A stretch of 61,077 nt of DNA, filler included. It is 12 parts of 12 records of this genome, joined end to end, with 100 filler letters (N's around TTAATTAATTAA, not from the genome) between each part and the next. Parts side by side here need not be neighbours in the genome. Positions count along the whole stretch, not along the records: positions 18,499 to 21,650 come from SRR15195285_10018; positions 21,751 to 25,494 come from SRR15195285_10060; positions 25,595 to 29,711 come from SRR15195285_10069; positions 29,812 to 35,363 come from SRR15195285_10080; 8 more parts are not named here. The stretch is one strand, 5' to 3'. This document shows positions 21,361-32,547 of this stretch, in pieces (the first letter of the stretch is position 1; the number at the start of each line of letters is the position of its first letter). Under the pieces are notes generated by a model. That model did not search any database. It saw only the letters and a list, made by a program, of their open reading frames with translations, and had not been told where the DNA came from. The position numbers and the translations under genes are program-made.

Positions 21361-22215
21361 CACCGTGGCAGCTCGCCTCCGCTGGGGCTGCCGTTCAAAT
21401 AGCCCACGTGCACTCCGTCGCCTGCGCTGCAGCTGCCTCCACGCAGGCTCGTGAGCTCAGGGCTGCGCAGAGTCCTCGCGAGACGTGCTTGGTCCCCTGG
21501 CGGCGCGCAGGCCGGCGCAGCGCCGCCAGCGCTGGCGGCGGCGGGTTGCTTTTAATTACTCGTTTAGTCGATTTAGTCGAGATTATCAATAATCAAAGAT
21601 CTACTGTCGTAATCAATTTCATCAAAATGAAAAGAACAAATGTGTCCTCCNNNNNNNNNNNNNNNNNNNNNNNNNNNNNNNNNNNNNNNNNNNNTTAATT
21701 AATTAANNNNNNNNNNNNNNNNNNNNNNNNNNNNNNNNNNNNNNNNNNNNTAAACAGCATGTCGTGGATTTGCAGCTCAAGTTACACTGATCTGCGATGA
21801 CGGTGACACTATTGGCGTAACTTTGGCGTGTTGGCCGACCTCAGTGGCTACAGTCACATTCGTACCCGCGTACTCGGCTGCTAGGACGTTCTCTCTATCG
21901 GCTGTGCGCGTATTTGGGTGGTTGCCACCATGTAACAGCTACTGGTTCCTGGTGTAGCAAATAGTATTCTCAACTCTGGCGGGAAAGAGGCTCGCACTAG
22001 ATGAGCACATGGGAAGACCACGTGGTGGCCCCACAGTACGCTTTATGCAGTGCTCGTTGGTCCATCCAAGTTACGGGGAGGACAACAGCAGCAGCTACAC
22101 TGATTACGATCCTGTCGCGATAAACCGTGCTGTTTGTGGTGGAGCCGAATGTAGCAATGTGTAGATGATGAGTGATAGACGAGTGCTAGATTCTGCAATC
22201 TTCTCGCACTTTCGC

Positions 22216-25200
22216 TCACTCCGTCGCTAGCCTAGCCACCCTCTCTTCCCTCGCAATCGCCGCTTCCTCTTGCACAATCGATCCTGCGGGCGCTGGGGCT
22301 GGGGCAGAGTCTTTAAGCGCCGTCCACGCGATATCGCACGGTCCCTTTCCTGCTGCTTTCCTCTCCGCAGCCCCCACCCATAGATGCTCCCGCACATCAG
22401 ACAGGGCCGCCACCACACCTTAGATCCCACAGGTTCGCACAGGACAGTGACTAGTTTCAGCTGGCATCCAGGCAGTATGCTTGCAGATCTAGATCTGAGG
22501 ATTAGCGTGGAGACTCACCGTCCTCGTCGTGATTGTTGCCGAACAGCTCAAGCGCCTCGAGCTGACACCCTGCAGAAGCTGCTTTGTACGCAGCACAAAT
22601 TGGAAGGAGGCTGATAGCGCCGAGATCATTGCCTCCGAGATCAAGGCTGGCCAGAGTAGAACTCGTTAAAGCCCCTGGTCCGTCACACAGGGGCATTTTA
22701 ATACCGCAGCGAAAAATTCCTCTGGACAATGTCCAGGTTTTGCCCAAATGGTCAACAGAATTGCAAATCAAATACCAAGCGCGAACATCTCTACAAGGCC
22801 AGCCTACAAGAGCACAACACAGTCGCGGTGAGGACATTCTTAGCGACTGCCATAGGAATAGACATTGGGATAGTGAACAACCCAAGGAAAGCGCCGGGCA
22901 ATCATCACCTGATCGCCAACTCGATTGCCGAACAAATTCAAGCGACTTAGTCTGTTCCTTGTCCCTGCTGCTGGCCCTGTCGTGGAGTTGCCGCCACTTT
23001 CCATGGCACTGTCACTAGGGGCAGGCATCAGCAATGCACTGCACGCCGCTGCGCCGAGCTGATTCTTGGACACGTCAAGATCGTCAAGGCTCGCTGTGAG
23101 TGCAGCTGCCTGCAACTGTAGCGCCTTGCCTAGTGCGACACCACCCTCGTCGCCGATAGCGTTCATCGACAGTCCAAGCGTACGCAGAGCTGTCGCACCG
23201 CTGAGGGCGGCCGCAAGAGCAGCTGCACCGCTGGCCCCAGCTCGATTACCGTCAAGCTGTAACATAGTGATTGTCGGGATTGTCTGTGGTTCGGAGACAA
23301 TAGCGACACGACATTCAGACGCCGAAGTCGAATCTGCAGAAAAGCACTAACAGCGCAGTGTGCTCTCACCTGTTCGGATATTGCCGCCGCCAACATCACG
23401 ACTGCCTTTGGTGTCAGAGCACACTCACGCAAGGTGAGGGTCGTGATTCTGCTGGCGGCCAGCCCACCACTAGCGCCAGTTCCCACGCCACAGAACAGCG
23501 CGAACCCATCCGGCACTGCACGCCGCTCCTCTTCTGCCTGTTCGGCCTCGGCCTCCTCAAACTCCTGCGTCTTGGCAGCAGCGGTTTGATCTGCCTCCGC
23601 CTCGGCATCCTCCTGCGCACCTGCAAGCGGGGCGCACGAGAGAGATAGTGAGAAAACATCCTGCAAAGGTTATGACAGATAGACTGTTGTTGATCAAAGG
23701 AAGAACAGTTCTGAGTTGGAAAACGGGAGTACCAGGAGCCTCGCCAAAAACAGCCTCGTAGTCCGCCTCTCGGCTCTCCGCCCATGCGCCCTCCTCACAG
23801 TATAGTTCTGATAGTTCGGCAAGTCTGTGACGGGCAGTCAGCCAGCCAGCAAACGAGCAAGTCAGTATAATTCAGCAATCTCAACTCGAGTGAAGTCGAG
23901 TTGAACTCGAGTTCAACTCGAGTGAAGTCGTTGTTGGCATGAGCAACATACCCCAGCCCAGCGACCGGGTCGACAGCCAAAGCTTCGCACGTCTCCATCC
24001 AGTACTCCTCATTCACTGGCGCTGACCCAGTAGCTACGCTGAGCTCAGAAAGCTCTGCGCGTCCCATGACAGCATGCCTGTCCTCTGCACCATCCATATG
24101 GCTGGCGAAGCGGTCAAACAACCGCTTCACAGATCTCACAGTGCGCTGTGATGCAACCAGCGCAGCGACAGACTCATGGGCGCGCTTGAGCCGCGAGGTA
24201 GACTTTTCGTGGCCCGGATCGAGCGCAAGAGCACGGCGCGCAAGATAAGCGGCGGCACCGAATCGATTCGTCCGCAAGGCGACCTCGGCACGGTTGGAGA
24301 GAGCGGTGATGCGCAGCGATGTGTCTCCACTGCACTGCATCGCCGCCACGTATGATGCAGCAGCTAAGCTGTAGTCTGATTCGCTGAATGCACAGTTGCC
24401 CTCGTCTTTCAGCTGCTCGGCGGCGGTCATGCCGCCGAGAGGGTTTGAAGAGGCGTCGAGAGAGCTCAGCTGTCCCTTCATACCAAGGACATCTCCAAGC
24501 GCAGCGGCTCCGCTGCTGCTGCTCCCGTTCTCTTCGCTCTCGCCGCCGTTTGCACCGCAAATGCCGTTCGAAACCAGGCTCAGCGATGCGACAGTGCCAA
24601 GGGGCGCCAGCTCGCGGGGAGCAGACCGCGCGGCCTGCGCTAGTGCGCGCACACCGGCGCAACCGAATCCGTTCTGACCGAGCTTGAGTTCTGCCAGCCG
24701 CTGGTGCTGCGTCAAGTGTGGCAGGATCGCAGCGAGCGTGACCGGTCCGATGCCCTTGTGTTCGCAGTCAAGCGTGGTGAGCGAGCTGTTCTGCGGTAGC
24801 TGACGCGCCAGCGCCACCAGTGCCGCAGACGGTGTTCCATCCGCACCGTCCGCTCCGAAGGTCTCGTCCCCAAGACAGAGCACGCGCAGCGCTGGGTGAC
24901 GAGCGATCGCCGCACCAAGCGCCTCGGCGCCCGCCAGCCCTAGCGCATGGCCCGACGCATACAGCTCCTCCAGGCTGCTGTTCAGCTCCATCTCGCGCGC
25001 CAGCGCCAGGGCCTGCGTCTCACCGAACGTACGCCCGGGCAGGACATAGACCGAGCGACAGGGCTCGCCGCTCGCGTCGAGCTTGTTCAGATGATCGAAA
25101 CTCGCCGCACGCCGCGCACCCCAGAACGAAGCGGCCGCAGGATTCGGGTTCTCGAGCCCGGGCTGAGCAGCACTCTGCCCGCTGCGCCGCAGCGCCGCTG

Positions 25201-25237
25201 CGAGAGCATCAGGCGGCTGCATCTCCACGGGCTGCAT
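22216..25237 (-). CDS. Multi-exon RNI-like leucine-rich repeat protein with an internal TPR block and a degenerate EF-hand-like module
   Basis: LRRs NSSLEELYASGH, LAELKLGQNGFG, LRTLGLSMNAIGDEGG, LASLDLGGNDLG; TPR AEQLKDEGNCAF...ALSNRAEVALR...ALALDPGHEKS. Intron 23951-23825 checked; other exon boundaries approximate. Confidence 0.75.
23881..23930. repeat. 26-bp perfect palindrome overlapping an 18-bp direct repeat, inside an intron
   Basis: TCGAGTTGAACTCGAGTTCAACTCGA at 23896-23921; TCAACTCGAGTGAAGTCG at 23881 and 23913. Confidence 0.85.
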
Positions 25238-25858
25238 TCGCAAATTTAAGAATGCCACGACACGCCACGCACGACACGCCACGACACGCAGCAGCTGCCG
25301 CCCACAAACGACCCAGTGAATTTCTCGTTGGCTGCCCCGGCTGGGTCGCAGAGAGCTCCAGCTCGTTATTCCACCAGCTGGGTTGGGCGTAGGAAGTTCC
25401 TACACCACTGCCAGCCGTACTAGGCATGCACGCGCAGGGGGCGGGTACCCGCGGTACCGATGCACATCACGGGCGTAGGTGCAATATCTGTCCCNNNNNN
25501 NNNNNNNNNNNNNNNNNNNNNNNNNNNNNNNNNNNNNNTTAATTAATTAANNNNNNNNNNNNNNNNNNNNNNNNNNNNNNNNNNNNNNNNNNNNACCTCG
25601 AATCGCTGCTTTTTCTCGCGGATTGATGAATTCTGCTGGGGATCGAATTCTGACCCAGCCTGTCCTGCCACTGTCACCCAGTGTGACTCTCAGTGTGACC
25701 ATGCACGATACAGTGCAGGGAGGGCGCGCCCCGCGGCCGCGGGGTGAAACTCGCTCGCTTCCGCCCGTGGGTAGAACAAAGTGACCCTTCTGGGAGCGGT
25801 CGCCCCGTCTCTCTGCCATACAGCCAGTTGATCCGCGAGTGTGGACTGTTCTCCGACG

Positions 25859-27485
25859 ATGCGCCATCTGGGCTCGATGGCGCTCCTGGTGACTGAGGCG
25901 GCCGGCCACGGCATGATGAGCTTCCCGCCGCCGCGCAACGCGCTAGACCGCGTGCTGGCACCGTGGAATGGCACCGTGCCGCCGTTCCCGCTGCCGTTCG
26001 ACCACCCGAACTGGTGTGCGGTGCCGGATGCGGACTCGAAGGACGCAAGGAAGATTTCTGGGGGCGGTGGGCAGGCGTGTGAGTGCATCGCTTAGCTAGT
26101 CCGCAAAGGCATTGCTGTGTGTGGCCTGACAGCGTTGTTTGCTCGGGTGTTCGGCCGCTGCAGGTTTTTGGTTTAACAATGGCTGCGATATCGGCAGTGA
26201 GAAGTGCGATGGCGTCACTGGACAGGCGCCCGGAACGAACGCCGGCAAGTTCAAGTACACCGGGAAGGGCGAACCCCCGAACTGGGGGGCGGATGGGATT
26301 GAGGTGGACCCTGCGACGCCGTACCTGTCCAAGCGGATTCCGCGACCCAAGTTCCTCAAGTATCCCGAGCGGAAAGCCACCAACTGTGACCCCAGAGCAA
26401 GGACGATCAATGTCAACGCAGAGTGTGGCTCGCCGGAGGACTTCTATTACTTCATGCCGTGGAGATACCCAGGCATCACTCCGGTCACGGATAGCTGTGG
26501 TGTGGCTGGTGGCATCGTCCCAGGGCAGCCGAAGGGTACTGCAGGCGCTGACTATACAGAAACGCCGCTCGCAAAGCTGGGCGACCTGGGATCCAACCTG
26601 CCCCCAATGCCCACCGGCACGGTTTGGACAGCGGGTGGGACTGCGGAGGTCGGATGGACTTTGAAAGCGTGGCACGGTGGCGGGTGCGTCGTGGCCACAC
26701 CAGGAAGATCTGCTGATGTCCACCCTCTCCAAGCTTTTGCCACGCCTCCCGTGTATACCGCGCGTTTTCATTCTGCAGAATTCTCACACGGTGACCAACC
26801 GATACCCCTGGGTGGTTAAACGTAGGTACCAGTATCGCCTATGTCCGCGTTCTGTTGACGGCCATGAGGTTGAGCTGAACGAAGAGTGTTTCCAAAAGAT
26901 GCCCCTCGAGTTTGTCGGCAACTCGTCCCTCCGATGGGGTGGTGAAGGCGGGCACCGCATCTATTTCAACACAACTGAACGAGGATGGGAAGCGCGTGGC
27001 GTCGAAGGTGGCATCTGGCGCAAAAATCCTCTGCCCCGTGGCCCGTGGAGCTGGCAAGCATATGGCCCTTCTTTTGAGCCGGTTTGCGACGAGCCAGCGG
27101 TGTGCGCTAACGGCCAATCTAGGAACCCTGGGGGTATCTCGCCGTGCAAGTGCTCAGGAAGCGGGGTGTGCGCCTTGCCTGGGCACATCGAGTCGAACTG
27201 CGCCGATATGCCGCAGATGGAGGTAGTCGACACCGTCCGTATACCAGCGGGATTGACGCCGGGCGAATATGTCTTGGGGTACGCACAGCCTCTGCCCCTT
27301 ATGCATGCGTCTGCCGCCTCGGTTGCCGCGTAGCAATTATGCCCGAGGCTTGCTGTACCGTGCCCAGCACCTGCCTAGTTTCGAAGCGAGCGATTGACAT
27401 CTGCGCGATCAGGTGGAGGTGGGATTGTGAACAATCCACGCAAGTGTGGGCTTCATGCGCGGACATTACGGTCAAGTCGGCGTAG
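25859..27485 (+). CDS. Secreted lytic polysaccharide monooxygenase-like protein (histidine brace); 4 exons
   Basis: Signal peptide ending AAG then HGMMSFPPPRN (His1). Splicing gives GQACFWFNNGC, PWRYPG...DSCG, AWHGGGYQYRLCP and VVDTVRIP...GEYVLGWRWDCEQSTQVWASCADI. Confidence 0.85.
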
Positions 27486-27671
27486 GAGTGAAGCCAGCAA
27501 AGCTATGAGTATGTTGTGTGATGCATCGTGGTGTATCCGAAGGTGTTTTCTGTGTCGTGTGGTTGCTGTTTGCCGAAGGCACTGCGCGGTGTTGCGAGTG
27601 TTAGTACACAGTTACTGATAATCTGAGATTTTATACAAGCACATGCGAGTTTAAAGCCGACAAACAGCCGG

Positions 27672-29201
27672 TTAGTCTTCGTCTTCCTTGCCAAGCGGAT
27701 TGGCGACAATATCTTCGCTTCGTAATTCAAACGGGAAAAGAGACTCTTCGCAGGCCTTCGACAGCTCCTTTGCTGTAACTGGTGCTTGATCCTCGTACTC
27801 AGACATGTCCGGGTAGCTCGGCTCATCGAGGCGACGTTCCATATTACTTTCCCGTTCTCGCGCCCACTCGCGGATCACAAGCTCGCGGAGCCGGTCCTTG
27901 TGCATCACCTGCAGGTAGTCCACGAGGTCGTCAGCAAACGTGTTGATCTGTTCAACGATTTGGTCGAGCTTGCCGTCTGATAGCGCGTCCTCCTCCGTCT
28001 CAGCCTCCATCAAGCCTTTGAGTGGGGACGCCGACTTATACAGTTGGGCCAGAAGCTTGATCATCGCGCCCTTCTGGAAGCCCAGCTCGTCCGGGGAAAG
28101 TGTTTCGGCGACGTCACCCTCTTTCATCAGCCGCTCCAGCTCTCGCTGCTCCACGTACAGAGACCACGCGTGCCAGAACGACCCACCTGAGACCGCGAAA
28201 GGCATGGCGATGAAGAACACTCCGATCTTTGCGGTAAAGGCTGCAGTGACCATACCCAGGAACCCGGATGGGTAGAAGTCGCCGTACCCAGTTCCCGTCA
28301 TCGTGACCAGGCACCACCAGATGGACACCGGCAGATCGTCGAATGGCGGGCGGTCGTGGGCGTTCCAGCCCTCATCCTCGGAACTGAACGGAATAGCTTC
28401 CGAGTACGCACACGCAGGCTCGCCTGAGCCGTCCGATTTGACGACTGCCTCGCACTCCGAGGAGGTGTCCAGCCGCGTGACCGCCTTGCAGAGCTCTGCG
28501 TCCGCCGGGACAGGGGCGCAATCTTCCGCCACGCAGTTGGGCCACTGTGCAGCCTCCGTGCACGTGTTATCCGCGTCCGGGGTCATCTCCAGGAAGTAGC
28601 ACAGCGAGGACAGAACCACGAGCGCCAGCGCCATGTAGAAGATCGGGACGACCAGCGCTGAGAGCGACTTGATCATGGCCCGTTCCAGCTCCACCATGAC
28701 TGTGCCGAACTTGGTGACCTTGATCATCTTCATGTGACGAGCCGCACGCAGGCAGCGCAGCATGCCGCTCGACGTGTTGTACATCGGGCCGAGCGGCACC
28801 TGAAGAAAGTATGGCGCAGTCGTGATGAAGTCCAGCCAGTTCAGCCAGTCGCTCCAGAACACTGTAATGCTCTTGGCGGAGAGCATCCGCACAACGAGAT
28901 CGAACGTGAACGCAGAGGCGAAGACTGTATCCATCATGAACCACAGGTAGTTGTAGCTCAATGAGTCTCTCCCCTGAAAGAGTGTCTCGAACACCATCAC
29001 CCAGGACGACACGAACACGGCCGCATTCTGCAGCATCATGTACACATAGGCGGCCTTGCACGAGCGCGGGTCGCTGAACAGCGTGTACACGTACTCTTTT
29101 CCCTGCATCTCGCTGATGGGGGTCTTCAGCTCGATGGTCGGCAACTTCCGCTTGCGCACCACGCTCGGCCCCGACGTCACGACGCCGCCCGCGCCGGACA
29201 T
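27672..29201 (-). CDS. Voltage-gated potassium channel-like subunit (6 TM), single ORF
   Basis: NWLDFITTAPYF (S3), basic S4 LRCLRAARHMKMIK, pore SIWWCLVTMTGTGYGDFYP, S6 GVFFIAMP. Confidence 0.88.
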   Translation of the reverse strand: MSGAGGVVTSGPSVVRKRKLPTIELKTPISEMQGKEYVYTLFSDPRSCKAAYVYMMLQNAAVFVSSWVMVFETLFQGRDSLSYNYLWFMMDTVFASAFTFDLVVRMLSAKSITVFWSDWLNWLDFITTAPYFLQVPLGPMYNTSSGMLRCLRAARHMKMIKVTKFGTVMVELERAMIKSLSALVVPIFYMALALVVLSSLCYFLEMTPDADNTCTEAAQWPNCVAEDCAPVPADAELCKAVTRLDTSSECEAVVKSDGSGEPACAYSEAIPFSSEDEGWNAHDRPPFDDLPVSIWWCLVTMTGTGYGDFYPSGFLGMVTAAFTAKIGVFFIAMPFAVSGGSFWHAWSLYVEQRELERLMKEGDVAETLSPDELGFQKGAMIKLLAQLYKSASPLKGLMEAETEEDALSDGKLDQIVEQINTFADDLVDYLQVMHKDRLRELVIREWARERESNMERRLDEPSYPDMSEYEDQAPVTAKELSKACEESLFPFELRSEDIVANPLGKEDED

Positions 29202-29819
29202 CCCAAGCCCCTCCTAACACAGAGCAAGAGAGCGCGGCCCACAAGCGCAACCGCGCCGCGCCCCGGCAGAACGGGCCAAAAACACCTCCAACTGCCACGC
29301 TCCTGCACAAACAACCCACCCCACCCCGCCACCCCCCGACGCGCCCGCCGCGGCTTCCGCAGCTTCCACCGCTCTTGCACTCGCCGTGAGCGCGTCCGTA
29401 ACGGCTGCGTAACGGCTTTGCCCCGGGGCCCGCCCGCCCGCTGACCAACCAACCCCCCTACGCCCACTGTGTCCTGCCCTGTGAAAGACACAATCCATAT
29501 CTGGGTATTCGCCATTCCCGCCAAATACACGGTGCATAATCCACCATATGATTGATATATTATTGCATATTACGTGGTGATGGCGAAAAGAGCGGGTGGG
29601 TCCCCGAGGACGCGGCGTGTTGACCACCAGCAAATGACCGCTCTCGCCTGTCTCTCGCCTGTTGACGTGGCGGAAATTTTTCCCACAGTCATTTAGACAT
29701 GAAATTATATANNNNNNNNNNNNNNNNNNNNNNNNNNNNNNNNNNNNNNNNNNNNTTAATTAATTAANNNNNNNNNNNNNNNNNNNNNNNNNNNNNNNNN
29801 NNNNNNNNNNNGACCGCCG

Positions 29820-29854
29820 CGAGCCGCTGGTTTTCTTCGCACACCACACCTGAC
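29820..29854 (+). repeat. Dispersed repeat motif shared with 35504-35536
   Basis: CGAGCCGCTGGTT-n5/6-GCACACCAC lies near the start of two separate contigs. Confidence 0.7.
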
Positions 29855-30338
29855 ATTTCACATTAGCCGGCTGGTTCTGGCCCCGCCCCGTGGATTCGAT
29901 GGATTATTGCCCGACCGTGTCTGCGACTGCGTGTGCCGCCGGTGGAGGTGGAGGTGGGCAACAACGCTCAGCTCCGCCAGGTGGCCGGGTAGAGGCCGTC
30001 GGGCCGTCGGCTGTCCAGCCCTACGCCGTAGGGCCGTCGGCTGTCGCGCAGTCAGTCGATCGGTGCGTGGACTGTTGAGCTCTCGCGGGTGGATAGCTAG
30101 CTGGCGTCCCATCGATGCGGTCCGTCTGATCCCTCGGCCACTCCCGCCACAACGACAGGGTTGGTTGTGTGTGGCTGTCGGCCATTGTTCCGCTGGCTCA
30201 TACACTGTGGCTTGACGACGCGCTGGTGTCCGCATGGTGAAGTTTTCCTCTGCGATGACAATGGATCCGTTGTGCGTGTCTCGTTCGTAAGGTGCAGCCG
30301 TCTGCTCCGCTGCAGCGGCCCGCTCCGCTCCGTTGATC

Positions 30339-32402
30339 ATGTATACTAGTGGTACGGGAGGGCGTCGACGCACGGCAGGAGCTGTCAAGGAGCCCGGCAG
30401 CGTGCTACGGGAGAGCCGCCGCAGCTCCCGGTTCGAGCTCGGAGCGTCGCCCCGGCCGCGTCGGTTCGCCGATGTCGTGCACGATGACAGCGTAGGCAGG
30501 AGGGTTTTCCGTGGCGGACGTCCCAGTCTCAGCGGGACTCGAGTTTCGCTGCGAGAGAGAGTTTCTACGGAGGATGCGCTCGCGGAGGTGCTGGCCATGC
30601 GGGCTGAGGGACAGGCGGAGCGAAGAAGAGCTCTCGAGAAGGACGGCGGGATCGCTGCATCTGCGTGGGCAGGAGTGGACGCGCTGCAGCGCACACACGT
30701 GCTCCTGCACGAGGCAACCACGCCAGTTTCCGCAGCAAAAGACACGGAGCTGGGACATGCAAAGGCATCATTAGCCCGCAGCACGTCGTTGCCTCATGCC
30801 AACGACAGCCACAGCGGAGATTTGACCGACGACAGCACGAGCACAGACGGCAGCGCCGATGGCATCGGCAGTGACTGCAATCATAGTGGCACGAACGGGA
30901 GCGATCCTGCAGATCAGACAACTTTACTGGCTCACCAGATCCATTCTCGGCTCACCGCGGCGCAGCAGAAGGTCAACATAGCTGAACAGCGCAAGAGAGC
31001 TGCTATAGAGGCACGGCAGCAGCAAAAGAGAGCTGATGATCCGTGCAGGCTCGAACATCTATGTCAGCGCTCAGCAACCGTAACGGGAAAGATACCACCC
31101 GAGCTGCCGACCCGAGCGATAGATGCTGGCGCAACATCGGCGCCACAAAGCCCACCCAGTGAGCAGGCATCCCCCGAGAAAGCTGAACCGACAGTCTGGG
31201 GATTCTCCAAGTGGACATTAGAGCCAGAAGGCGAGAGTGAGCTCGCGACACAGGTAGGTGACTGTGTCGAGGTTCTCGATTCGGATGTCGAAGAATGGTG
31301 GTACTGCCGCCATCGGGGATCAGGTGCGGAGGGATGGGTACCCAGTGAATGCGTGCTCGTGTATGCTGCAACGTCGGAGACACTAGATGAGCACGAAACG
31401 CAAAACGCCACAGATGCGGACCAGTATAAAGGTAAGGAGAGCCATCATGATGGAAAAGACACTGAGAACACGAACGAGGGAGGCGCAGGAGAACAGGAGG
31501 GCACACAAGAATGCACAGCAGACGCCGACACGAAGTTGCTGACAACAGCTGTGACAGATGAGAGCAGCATGGTTCAGCTCAGCAATACAGAGACACGCGA
31601 GCTTCCTGCCGAGAAACAACTTCTGGTCAACATGTTCGCAGAGGCACGTGAAGAACGACAAAGAGAGCGGCACAGGAAAGAGACGACGTTTGGACGGTCA
31701 ACAAACAGTGACAGTAGGAATAGCAGCTACACGGGAAGGGCGCTCGCTGTGGATTGTGGCGTTGCTAAGCCCTCTGATTCAAGTGCAACTAGGCTGAGCT
31801 CGCGTGAGACGGTTATCTCAGCTGAGAAGCGGAAGAGAGCTGCTGTGGAGGCACGTCAGAGGCAAAAGAGGGCTGATGATCTTGCTGTCGAAGCACGGAT
31901 ATTGGAGATGTACAGAGTGAAGCAGGCGAAGCGTGAGTTCATCCTTCGGCAAACAGATCAAAAGCACGTCAAAGTGAACGCACCAAACGATTTTTCAGCA
32001 GTAGACACTGAAATGTCGGAGCTGATGGATCTTGCAGAGCACGAAGGCTTGGTCACTCAAGTGTGCGACGCCCAACTGCTTGACACTGAAGAAGTCTTTG
32101 CACCAGTGGCAGTGATGCAGCCAAATCAGGCAGTCCACAAGCCAAAACCACTTCACCTCACTGCCAAAGCAGGTCAGCAGACAGGCCTGAACGAAGCCCC
32201 AACAAAGCTGGAGCAGCGACTGGAGGAGAACTCAGAGCCAGAGCCAGAGCTAGAGACAACGACAGAGACAGAGCCAGCAACAACTCCTGACCAGACGAAA
32301 GGGAAGAAGAAAAGAAAGAAGAAGAAGAAGCAGAAGAAGAAACAAGCTGCTGCTCCGGCAGGCTGGGCTGCGCTTTTAGCTCACGCAGCTGCTGGCCAAT
32401 GA
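30339..32402 (+). CDS. Low-complexity protein with one SH3 domain and a poly-Lys C-terminus
   Basis: SH3-like ESELATQVGDCVEVLDSDVEEWWYCRHRGSGAEGWVPSECV in a long ORF; introns cannot be excluded. Confidence 0.65.
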   Translation: MYTSGTGGRRRTAGAVKEPGSVLRESRRSSRFELGASPRPRRFADVVHDDSVGRRVFRGGRPSLSGTRVSLRERVSTEDALAEVLAMRAEGQAERRRALEKDGGIAASAWAGVDALQRTHVLLHEATTPVSAAKDTELGHAKASLARSTSLPHANDSHSGDLTDDSTSTDGSADGIGSDCNHSGTNGSDPADQTTLLAHQIHSRLTAAQQKVNIAEQRKRAAIEARQQQKRADDPCRLEHLCQRSATVTGKIPPELPTRAIDAGATSAPQSPPSEQASPEKAEPTVWGFSKWTLEPEGESELATQVGDCVEVLDSDVEEWWYCRHRGSGAEGWVPSECVLVYAATSETLDEHETQNATDADQYKGKESHHDGKDTENTNEGGAGEQEGTQECTADADTKLLTTAVTDESSMVQLSNTETRELPAEKQLLVNMFAEAREERQRERHRKETTFGRSTNSDSRNSSYTGRALAVDCGVAKPSDSSATRLSSRETVISAEKRKRAAVEARQRQKRADDLAVEARILEMYRVKQAKREFILRQTDQKHVKVNAPNDFSAVDTEMSELMDLAEHEGLVTQVCDAQLLDTEEVFAPVAVMQPNQAVHKPKPLHLTAKAGQQTGLNEAPTKLEQRLEENSEPEPELETTTETEPATTPDQTKGKKKRKKKKKQKKKQAAAPAGWAALLAHAAAGQ

Positions 32403-32547
32403 GCTGTGGAGGTGGGCTGGCGCAGGTCTGTCAGTAATGCAAGACATGCTTCCACATGTAGTGCATTCATGTGGGGCAGAAGTCAGCGCAAAAGGGTCCA
32501 ATTTCGGGGGTTTTTTGATGCACACACAGCCGTAAAAGGCGATCTGA

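Noticed and set aside
25674-26771. Long antisense ORFs (also 28567-29448, 29858-30784, 51086-51904)
   Set aside because: They overlap well-supported genes, have no recognisable motifs, and are expected at this GC content.
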